Positions 1 through 11,300 of a stretch of 64,000 nucleotides of DNA are shown here, one piece after another (the first letter of the stretch is position 1; each line of letters opens with the position of its first letter). The translations under genes were made by a program, and so were the position numbers. Source of the stretch: Macrostomum lignano (lineage: Eukaryota); contig NIVC01001948.1 of NCBI GenBank assembly GCA_002269645.1, forward strand, positions 155,166 through 219,165, written 5' to 3'. The notes under the pieces are model-generated. The model ran no database searches. It was not told the origin of the DNA and worked only from the letters and a program-made list of their open reading frames with translations.

Positions 1-1757
1 CCTCTAAAGGCCTATAAAGGCAAGAAATCTGCTCCCTGGTGGAACCCAGAGCTCGGGGCCCTTCGGCGCCGAGCCAGGACCCTCCAAAGGCGAGCGCTCA
101 AAACCAAAGACCCATCTGATATAGAGGCCTATACCCGTGCGATCCACAAGTTTAAGGGCCAAGTCAGAAGGGCCAAGACGGCCAATCGGCACCAATACTG
201 CGAAGGGCTTGAGGGCTCTCGCCCCGTAGCCTGCGTGGTTAAGGCACTCACGAATGACCGTTTTTCTAAACTCTCTGTTGTGAAGAGACTTGATGGCTCG
301 GTCACAGAGAGCTCTAAAGAGACTCTAGAGCTAATGCTCAACAGTTTCTTCCCTAAATCTCCGACTCAGCAGGGCCCGCCTGACCACACCGTGGGAGGGC
401 AAGGCCTAACCAAGTCTATGATCAACAAAGACCGCATTATTCGAGCGGCAAGGTCCTTTAACCCGTTCAAGGCGCCTGGGCCCGACGGCATCTACCCAGC
501 GTTCTTGCACGAGGCGGTAAAAAACCACCTCTTCCTGGACCTGCTCTGTCGTCTCCTCCGAGCTTGTGTGGAGCTGGGCTATGTACCAGTTGCGTGGAGG
601 AAGGCCCGGGTGGTCCTCCGAGGAGTGTGGCGGGCTCAACATCCTCATGGACTCGATCCCAGCCGCCCTTCTCCTGAGCCAAAGGTATAAGGTCACTATT
701 CAGCCTCGACACGAAGCGAGCGACAGCGCGAGCGATTCTGAAGTCCACTGTTACACTGACGGCTCTATGAGGCATGGTCTTTCAGGCTTCGGAGCTTGCG
801 TCTTCTTCAAGGGAGACGTGGTGTGGAGCTTCTCCTAGCACACTGGGCTTAACTCCAGTGTTTTTCAGAGCGAGGTGCTTTGCCATCAGCTCCTGCGCGG
901 CAGAGCTGCGCCGAAGGCAGCTCAGCGGTCGGAAATTTATTTTTCACTCTGACAGCCAAGCAGCCCTTCGAGCCCTCTACCGCTGCACCACCAGCTCCAG
1001 GTCCGTCCTGGACTGCAACACCCAGCTCAACGCGGGCTTGCGCTAGGCAACCAGGTGGAGCTCAGATGGATCCCGGGCCACGCCGGCTTCCTCGGCAACA
1101 AGCGCGCTGACCTGCTGGCCAAGGCTGGCTCCGCCGGCGCGCTGCTGGGGCCGGGCTCGGGAGCCCCCATCCCCGCCTCGGTGATCAACTCCCGCGTTAA
1201 GCGCTGGACTGACTCCGAGCATCTCCGCAGGTGGCACGACACCCGGAATTGTAGGCAATCCCGTGCGACCGTCCCCTGCCCCTCTCCTCTCCTGCGTAGA
1301 GCCCTCCTCAGGCTCAACCGCAGAGACCTCAGAGCAGTCAGCATGGCCCTCTCCGGGCATGGCTGCTTCTCTCGCCACCGCTTCCTTCAGGGCCAGGTAC
1401 CCGAGGAGCGGTGCCCCTTCTGCCGCTCAGGCAGTGAAAATCGAGCACTTTATTACTGCTAGGTTTTCACCAGGGCCAGGCTCACTCACCTCGGGCCAAA
1501 CCCGGTTCTCTCCGACGTTTGCAGGCCCGAGAGCATCCCGCTGCTCGCCCGGTACCTCAGGGACACGGGACGAGCTGATTTCTTCCCCACCGTTGGTGAG
1601 GAGGACCGCGCTGCAGGCGAGACCGACGGGTCCCCCTGAGCGACACCACTTCAACGGAAGTCATTGGTCGCCAGGGGCTAGCGGAATGGGCGGTCCCCTC
1701 CGCCTCCTCGCTGCATCCGCCGGACGCCCCCTGCAGCCAAGTCAAGACTTACAGTAA
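1..1757 (+). mobile_element. Decayed non-LTR retrotransposon (LOA/R1-like clade with RNase H), 5' end outside the window, most of the RT core deleted
   Basis: Frame 1 is open from base 1 (SAPWWNPELGALRR...FNPFKAPGPDGIYPAFL...VPVAWRKARVV = pre-RT and start of RT). At ~615 it jumps to post-RT and RNase H sequence (CYTDGS, VFQSEV, IFHSDSQAAL, LRWIPGHAGFLGNKRADLLAK), followed by a CPFC knuckle. In-frame TAG at 836-838 plus frameshifts. Confidence 0.85.
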
Positions 1758-2374
1758 TATTAACAAGCGTACGTCTATGCAAATACATGTGTGCTTTGCA
1801 GCAGCAGTTGTGTTTATGCAAATATTTTTCTCACAAGTGTACAACTACAACTTGTGTGCATGTACATGCACTGCCAACTGATTTCGTATAGTTGATAAGA
1901 GTGTATGCATGCACCGTTTGAAACTCTATGAAAGCGCAGATTTAAGAGAGTTTTGCGTTCTACACTGAAGTCTCTGTGGAACATTACCTCACCTAGATTG
2001 CTGTATAAAATACGCACGTATCAAGCGGGTAAGTGAGAGCTTTTTGTGAGCAAATTTTTATGCCTGAGATCACATGATGTGACGGATAGGTTAAGATAGA
2101 ACTGCATAATAATAATTATTATTATGAAGTTAGTAGCCAGGTAGTAAGTATGTAGATGGATGTGTAGATTAGGTAGGCAATGGGTAAATTAGATAGATAA
2201 AGGGATATTATCGTAGTTAGTTAATGGTTAAATGGGTAGAAAATGTATAGATTGGTTAGTTAATGCGTAGATACAGGCTATAATGATATTGGATAAGTGT
2301 GTATACAATGCTCTTACAACGATAGGCATCTATTTGTCTCCAACAGACTTACAACAGCACTAATAATCACTTTA

Positions 2375-5300
2375 ATGGCACTCCTCGTTTGGCCATTGAA
2401 CAAGCTCTATTGGACAATTTTTCTTATTAGTGTCTTCACAGTTCTACTGTTTAACGGCAGACTAGTAGTGCAAAGCGAAACTTTATTTTATAATTCGCCA
2501 TTACGACAAAAAATCTCACTAAATACGCCAAATGTTCAATGGGCTCTGCGCCGTTCAGATGGTGAGCAATAAATGAAGCATTTACTGTCCCAGTTGATTG
2601 ATATTCTACAAAATAAATTACACCAAACTTAACAACTTTGTAGGTGCGATCTCAGTGCCTGGCTCGGTGCCTGGAGATGTTTACAGCGACTTACGACAGG
2701 CTGGGATAATTCCGGATCCCATCACCGAGTTTAATGACGTCAAAACGCGTTGGGTTGCCAATGCTAACTGGACCTACGAGGCGAAGTTTTACGGTTAGTG
2801 CAGAGCCCGAGAATTTGAAAAGGTGGCCCAGCAACTGGAGATCTGGGAGGCTGGCCCAGCAAATGAGGATCTGGGAGGCTGGCCAAGCAACTGAGGATCT
2901 GGGAGGCTGGCCCAGCAACTGGAGATCTGGGAGGCTGGCCCAGCAACTGAGGATCTGGGAGGCTGGCCAAGCAACTGAGGATCTGGGAGGCTGGCCCAGC
3001 AACTGGAGATCTGGGAGGCTGGCCCAGCAACTGAGGATCTGGGAGGCTGGCCAAGCAACTGAGGATCTAGGAGGCTGGCCCAGCAACTGAGGATCTGGGA
3101 GGCTGGCCCAGCAACTGGAGATCTGGGAGGCTGGCCCAGCAACTGAGGATCTGAGAAGCTGGCCCAGCAACTGAGGATCTGAGAAGCTGGCCCAGCAACT
3201 GAGGATCTAGGAGGCTGGCCCAGAAACTGAGGATCTGGGAGGCTGGCCCAGCAACTGAGGATCTGGGAGGCTGGCCCAGCACCTGGAGATATGGGAGGCT
3301 GGCCCAGCAACTGAGGGTCTGGGAGGCTGGCCCAGCAACTGAGGATCTGAGAGGCTGGCCCAGCAACAGAGGATCTGGGAGGCTGGTGATCCAGCAACTG
3401 AGGATCTGGGAGGCTGGCGCAGCAACTGAGGATCTGGGAGGCTGGCCCAGCAACTGAGGATCTGGGAGGCTGGCGCAGCAAATGAGGATCTGGGAGGCTG
3501 GTGACCCAGCAACTGAGGATCTGGGAGGCTGGCCCAGCAACTGAGAATCAGGGAGGCTAGCCCAGCAACTGAGGATCTGGGAGGCTGGCCCAGCAAATGA
3601 GGATCTGGGAGGCTGGTGACCCAGCAACTGAGGATCTGGGAGGCTGGCTCAGCAACTGAGGATCTAGGAGGCTGGTGACCCAGCAACTGAGGATCTGGGA
3701 AGCTGGCCCAGAAACTGAGGATCTAGGAGGCTGGCCCAGCAACTGAGGATCTGGGAGGCTGGCCCAGCAACTGAAGGTCTGGGAGGCTGGCCCAGCAACT
3801 GAGGATCTGGGAGGCTGGTGGCCCAGCAACTGAGGATCTGGGAGGCTGGCCCAGCAACTGAGGATCTGGGAGGCTGGCCCAGCAACTGAGGATCTGGGAG
3901 GCTGGTGACCCAGCAACTGAGGATCTGGGAGGCTGGCCCAGCAACTGAGGATCTGGGAGGCTGGCCCAGAAACTGAGGATCTGGGAGGCTGGCCCAGCAA
4001 CTGAGGATCTGGGAGGCTGGCCCAGCAACTGGAGATCTGGGAGGCTGGCCCAGCAACTGAGGGTCTGGGAGTCTGGCCCAGCAACTGAGGATCTGGGAGG
4101 CTGGCCCAGCAACTGAGGATCTGGGAGGCTGGCCCAGCAACTGAGCATCTGGGAGGCTGGTGACCCAGCAACTGAGGTTCTGGGAGGCTGGCGCAGCAAA
4201 TGAGGATCTGGGAGGCTGGTGACCCAGCAACTGAGGATCTGGGAGGCTGGCCCAGCAACTGAGGATCTAGGAGGCTGGCCCAGCAACTGAGGATCTGGGA
4301 GGCTGGCCCAGCAACTGAAGGTCTGGGAGGCTGGCCCAGCAACTGAGGATCTGGGAGGCTGGTGGCCCAGCAACTGAGGATCTGGGAGGCTGGCCCAGCA
4401 ACTGAGGATCTGGGAGGCTGGCCCAGCAACTGAGGATCTGGGAGGCTGGTGACCCAGCAACTGAGGATCTGGGAGGCTGGCCCAGCAACTGAGGATCTGG
4501 AAGGCTGGCGCAGCAACTGGAGATCTGGGAGGCTGGCCCAGCAACTGAGGGTCTGGGAGGCTGGCCCAGCAACTGAGGATCTGAGAGGCTGGCCCAGCAA
4601 CTGAGGATCTGGGAGGCTGGCCCAGCAACTGGAGATCTGGGAGGCTGGCCCAGCAACTGAGGATCTGAGAAGCTGGCCCAGCAACTGAGGATCTGAGAAG
4701 CTGGCCCAGCAACTGAGGATCTAGGAGGCTGGCCCAGAAACTGAGGATCTGGGAGGCTGGCCCAGCAACTGAGGATCTGGGAGGCTGGCCCAGCACCTGG
4801 AGATATGGGAGGCTGGCCCAGCAACTGAGGGTCTGGGAGGCTGGCCCAGCAACTGAGGATCTGAGAGGCTGGCCCAGCAACAGAGGATCTGGGAGGCTGG
4901 TGATCCAGCAACTGAGGATCTGGGAGGCTGGCGCAGCAACTGAGGATCTGGGAGGCTGGCCCAGCAACTGAGGATCTGGGAGGCTGGCGCAGCAAATGAG
5001 GATCTGGGAGGCTGGTGACCCAGCAACTGAGGATCTGGGAGGCTGGCCCAGCAACTGAGAATCAGGGAGGCTAGCCCAGCAACTGAGGATCTGGGAGGCT
5101 GGCCCAGCAAATGAGGATCTGGGAGGCTGGTGACCCAGCAACTGAGGATCTGGGAGGCTGGCTCAGCAACTGAGGATCTAGGAGGCTGGTGACCCAGCAA
5201 CTGAGGATCTGGGAAGCTGGCCCAGAAACTGAGGATCTAGGAGGCTGGCCCAGCAACTGAGGATCTGGGAGGCTGGCCCAGCAACTGAAGGTCTGGGAGG

Positions 5301-8300
5301 CTGGCCCAGCAACTGAGGATCTGGGAGGCTGGTGGCCCAGCAACTGAGGATCTGGGAGGCTGGCCCAGCAACTGAGGATCTGGGAGGCTGGCCCAGCAAC
5401 TGAGGATCTGGGAGGCTGGTGACCCAGCAACTGAGGATCTGGGAGGCTGGCCCAGCAACTGAGGATCTGGAAGGCTGGCGCAGCAACTGGAGATCTGGGA
5501 GGCTGGCCCAGCAACTGAGGGTCTGGGAGGCTGGCCCAGCAACTGAGGATCTGAGAGGCTGGCCCAGCAACTGAGGATCTGGGAGGCTGGCCCAGCAACT
5601 GGAGATCTGGGAGGCTGGCCCAGCAACTGAGGATCTGAGAAGCTGGCCCAGCAACTGAGGATCTGAGAAGCTGGCCCAGCAACTGAGGATCTAGGAGGCT
5701 GGCCCAGAAACTGAGGATCTGGGAGGCTGGCCCAGCAACTGAGGATCTGGGAGGCTGGCCCAGCACTGGAGATATGGGAGGCTGGCCCAGCAACTGAGGG
5801 TCTGGGAGGCTGGCCCAGCAACTGAGGATCTGAGAGGCTGGCCCAGCAACAGAGGATCTGGGAGGCTGGTGATCCAGCAACTGAGGATCTGGGAGGCTGG
5901 CGCAGCAACTGAGGATCTGGGAGGCTGGCCCAGCAACTGAGGATCTGGGAGGCTGGCGCAGCAAATGAGGATCTGGGAGGCTGGTGACCCAGCAACTGAG
6001 GATCTGGGAGGCTGGCCCAGCAACTGAGAATCAGGGAGGCTAGCCCAGCAACTGAGGATCTGGGAGGCTGGCCCAGCAAATGAGGATCTGGGAGGCTGGT
6101 GACCCAGCAACTGAGGATCTGGGAGGCTGGCTCAGCAACTGAGGATCTGGGAGGCTGGTGACCCAGCAACTGAGGATCTGGGAGGCTGGTGACCCAGCAA
6201 CTGAGGATCTGGGAGGCTGGCCCAGCAACTGAGGATCTGGGAGGCTGGTGACCCAGCAACTGAGGATCTGAGAGGCTGGTGGCCCAGCAACTGAGGATCT
6301 GGGAGGCTGGCCCAGCAAATGAGGATCTGGGAGGCTGGTGACCCAGCAACTGAGGATCTGGGAGGCTGGCCCAGCAACTGAGGATCTGAGAAGCTGGCCC
6401 AGCAACTGAAAATCTGGGAGGCTGGCCCAGCAACTGGAGATCTGGGAGGCTGGCCCAGCAACTGAGGGTCTGGGAGTCTGGCCCAGCAACTGAGGATCTG
6501 GGAGGCTGGCCCAGCAACTGAGGATCTGGGAGGCTGGCCCAGCAACTGAGCATCTGGGAGGCTGGTGACCCAGCAACTGAGGTTCTGGGAGGCTGGCGCA
6601 GCAAATGAGGATCTGGGAGGCTGGTGACCCAGCAACTGAGGATCTGGGAGGCTGGCCCAGCAACTGAGGATCTGGGAGGCTGGCCCAGCAAATGAGGATC
6701 TGGGAGGCTGGTGACCCAGCAACTGAGGATCTGGGAGGCTGGCCCAGCAACTGAGGGTCTGGGAGGCTGGCCCAGCAACTGAGGATCTGAGAGGCTGGCC
6801 CAGCAACTGAGGATTTTGGAGGCTGGTGACCCAGCAACTGAGGATCTGGGAGGCTGGTGACCCAGCAACTGAGGATCTGGGAGGCTGGCCCAGCAACTGA
6901 GGATCTGGAAGGCTGGCCCAGCAACTGGAGATCTGGGAGGCTGGCCCAGCAACTGAGGGTCTGGGAGGCTGGCCCAGCAACTGAGGATCTGAGAGGCTGG
7001 CCCAGCAACTGAGGATCTGGGAGGCTGGCCCAGCAACTGAGGATCTGGGAGGCTGGTGACCCAGCAACTGAGGATCTGGGAGGCTGGCCCAGCAACTGAG
7101 GATCTGGGAGGCTGGTGGCCCAGCAACTGAGGATCTGGGAGGCTGGCCCTGCAACTGAGGATCTGGGAGGCTGGCCCAGCAACTGACACTCTGGGAGGCT
7201 TGTGACCCAGCAACTGACGATCTGGGAGGCTGGCCCAGCAACTGAGGATCTGGGAGGCTGGCCAAGCAACTGAGGATCTGGGAGGCTGGTGACCCAGCAA
7301 CTGAGGATCTGGGAGGCTGGCCCAGCAACTGAGGATCTGGGAGGCTAGCCCAGCAACTGAAGATCTGGGAGGCTGGCCCAGCAACTGGAGATCTGGGAGG
7401 CTGGCCCAGCAACTGAGGGTCTGGGAGGCTGGCCCAGCAACTGAGGATCTGAGAGGCTGGCCCAGCAACTGAGGATCTGGGAGGCTGGCCCAGCAACTGG
7501 AGATCTGGGAGGCTGGCCCAGCAACTGGAGATCTGGGAGGCTGGCCCAGCAACTGAGGGTCTGGGAGTCTGGCCCAGCAACTGAGGATCTGAGAGGCTGG
7601 CCCAGCAACTGAGGATCTGGGAGGCTGGCCCAGCAACTGAGCATCTGGGAGGCTGGTGACCCAGCAACTGAGGTTCTGGGAGGCTGGCCCAGCAACTGAG
7701 GATCTGGGAGGCTGGCGCAGCAAATGAGGATCTGGGAGGCTGGCCCAGCAACTGGAGATCTGGGAGGCTGGCCCAGCAACTGAGGGTCTGGGAGGCTGGC
7801 CCAGCAACTGAGGATCTGAGAGGCTGGCCCAGCAACTGAGGATCTGGGAGGCTGGCCCAGCAACTGGAGATCTGGGAGGCTGGCCCAGCAACTGAGGGTC
7901 TGGGAGTCTGGCCCAGCAACTGAGGATCTGAGAGGCCGGCCCAGCAACTGAGGATCTGGGAGGCTGGCCCAGCAACTGAGCATCTGGGAGGCTGGTGACC
8001 CAGCAACTGAGGTTCTGGGAGGCTGGCCCAGCAACTGAGGATCTGGGAGGCTGGCGCAGCAAATGAGGATCTGGGAGGCTGGTGACCCAGCAACTGAGGA
8101 TCTGGGAGGCTGGTGACCCAGCAACTGAGGATCTGGGAGGCTGGTGGCCCAGCAACTGAGGATCTGGGAGGCTGGTGACCCAGCAACTGAGGATCTGGGA
8201 GGCTGGTGACCCAGCAACTGAGGATCTGGGAGGCTGGCCCAGCAACTGAGGATCTGGGAGGCTGGTGACCCAGCAACTGAGGATCTGGGAGGCTGGCCCA

Positions 8301-11300
8301 GCAACTGAGGATCTGGGAGGCTGGTGACCCAGCAACTGAGGATCTGAGAGGCTGGTGGCCCAGCAACTGAGGATCTGGGAGGCTGGCCCAGCAAATGAGG
8401 ATCTGGGAGGCTGGTGACCCAGCAACTGAGGATCTGGGAGGCTGGCCCAGCAACTGAGGATCTGAGAAGCTGGCCCAGCAAATGAGGATCTGGGAGGCTG
8501 GTGACCCAGAAACTGAGGATCTGGGAGGCTGGCCCAGAAACTGAGGATCTAGGAGGCTGGCCCAGCAACTGAGGATCTGGGAGGCTGGCCCAGCAACTGA
8601 GGGTCTGGGAGGCTGGCCCAGCAACTGAGGATCTGAGAGGCTGGCCCAGCAACTGAGGATCTGGGAGGCTGGCGCAGCAAATGAGGATCTGGGAGGCTGG
8701 CCCAGCAACTGGAGATCTGGGAGGCTGGCCCAGCAACTGAGGGTCTGGGAGGCTGGCCCAGCAACTGAGGATCTGAGAGGCTGGCCCAGCAACTGAGGAT
8801 CTGGGAGGCTGGCCCAGCAACTGGAGATCTGGGAGGCTGGCCCAGCAACTGAGGGTCTGGGAGGCTGGCCCAGCAACTGAGGATCTGAGAGGCTGGCCCA
8901 GCAACTGAGGATCTGGGAGGCTGGCCCAGCAACTGAGATCTGGGAGGCTGGCCCAGCAACTGAGGATCTGGGAGGCTGGCCCAGCAACTGAGGATCTGGG
9001 AGGCTGGCCCAGCAACTGAGGATCTGGGAGGCTGGTGACCCAGCAACTGAGGATCTGGGAGGCTGGCCCAGCAACTGAGGATCTGGGAGGCTGGCCCAGC
9101 AACTGAGGATCTGGGAGGCTGGCCCAGCAACTGAGGATCTGGGAGGCTGGTGACCCAGCAACTGAGGATCTGGGAGGCTGGTGGCCCAGCAACTGAGGAT
9201 CTGGGAGGCTGGTGACCCAGCAACTGAGGATCTGGGAGGCTGGTGACCCAGCAACTGAGGATCTGGGAGGCTGGCCCAGCAACTGAGGATCTGGGAGGCT
9301 GGCCCAGCAACTGAGGATCTGGGAGGCTGGCCCAGCAACTGAGGATCTGGGAGGCTGGCCCAGCAACTGAGGATCTGGAGGCTGGCCCAGCAACTGAGGA
9401 TCTGGGAGGCTGGCCCAGCAACTGAGGATCTGGGAGGCTGGCCCAGCAACTGAGGATCTGGGAGGCTGGCCCAGCAACTGAGGATCTGGAGGCTGGCCCA
9501 GCAACTGAGGATCTGGGAGGCTGGTGACCCAGCAACTGAGGATCTGGGAGGCTGGCCCAGCAACTGAGGATCTGGGAGGCTGGCCCAGCAACTGAGGATC
9601 TGGGAGGCTGGCCCAGCAACTGAGGATCTGGGAGGCTGGCCCAGCAACTGAGGATCTGGGAGGCTGGCCCAGCAACTGAGGATCTGGGAGGCTGGCCCAG
9701 CAACTGAGGATCTGGGAGGCTGGCCCAGCAACTGAGGATCTGGGAGGCTGGTGACCCAGCAACTGAGGATCTGGGAGGCTGGCCCAGCAACTGAGGATCT
9801 GGGAGGCTTGAGGATGAGGCCCAGCAACTGAGGATCTGGGAGGCTGGCCCAGCAACTGAGGATCTGGGAGGCTGGCCCAGCAACTGAGGATCTGGGAGGC
9901 TGGCCCAGCAACTGAGGATCTGGGAGGGAGGCTGGCCCCAGCAAACTGAGGATCTGGGAGGCTGGCCCAGCAACTGAGGATCTGGGAGGCTGGCTCAGCA
10001 ACTGGGGTTATGGGAGGCTGGTCCAGCAACTGAAGATCTAGGAGGCTGGCCCAGCAAACCTTCTGCTCCACTAAAATAAACAATAAACGAGTTCATGAAA
10101 GAAAGGGCAACTAGTTATTGAATATTAGCTTTCTCTGCTAAATGAATATATAATAAAAGAAACATTTTTTCAATCAGTAAGTTTTATTCTGCATCAAGTT
10201 GTTTCACCCTGTATCTGGATAGGTTCGCATTGGCCATGCTTGTACAGTAGCAATAGGGTGGTCATCCACTCTGTCAGATGAGACAGTTAATACGAGCTGT
10301 GATGGCTGATACAAGCGTAGACGAGGTAATCAGGAATAAATAAATATGTTTGAAGTTAACACGTGAAGACATTTGTTAACAGCCAGAGTCACAGCAACCG
10401 AATCATAGCCAGAATGACGGCGGTGGCGAAGGCGGTAAAATTCCAGCCTCGAAGGCTGGCGGCAGAGTTGCAGTAGTCCCCGCTGTTGCACGCTCTACAG
10501 TTGCTATAGGAGTCGAGCTTTGAGCACTCTCCACAGCCGGCGAAGAAGATCTATGATGATGGGGACAATACTAGTGTTGTTGAAGACTGTCTAACAGGTT
10601 GACGTCACTGTCTAACAGGTTGACGTCACTGTCTAACAGGTTGACGTCACTGTCTAACAGGTTGATGTCACTATCTAACAGATTGACGTCACTGTCTAAC
10701 AGGTTGACGTCACTGTCTAACAGGTTGACGTCACTGTCTAACAGGTTGACGTCACTGTCTAACGGGTTGACATCACTGTCTAACAGGTTGATGTCACTGT
10801 CTAAACAGGTTGATGTCACTATCTAACAGATTGACGTCACTGTCTAACAGGTTGACGTCACTGTCTAACAGGTTGACGTCACTGTCTAACGGGTTGACAT
10901 CACTGTCTAAACAGGTTGATGTCACTATCTAACAGATTGACGTCACTGTCTAACAGGTTGATGTCACTGTCTAACAGGTTGACGTCACTGTCTAAACAGG
11001 TTGATGTCACTATCTAACAGGTTGATGTCACTATCTAACAGGTTGACGTCACTGTCTAAACAGGTTGACGTCACTGTCTAACAGGTTGACGTCACTGTCT
11101 AACAGGTTGACGTCACTGTCTAACAGGTTGATGTCCCTGTCTAACAGGTTGACGTCACTGTCTAACAGGTTGATGTCACTGTCTAACAGGTTGATGTCAC
11201 TATCTAACAGGTTGAAGTCACTGTCTACCAGGTTGACGTCACTGTCTAACAGGTTGACGTCACTGTCTAACGGGTTGACATCACTGTCTAAACAGGTTGA

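Noticed and set aside
2691-10083. Minus-strand ORFs up to 1289 aa (PASQILSCWASLPDPQLLGQPPRSSVAG repeats)
   Set aside because: The 28-bp unit lacks stop codons on the minus strand in all frames. The ORFs overlap in all three frames, use non-ATG starts and lie in a MANBA intron. Not genes.
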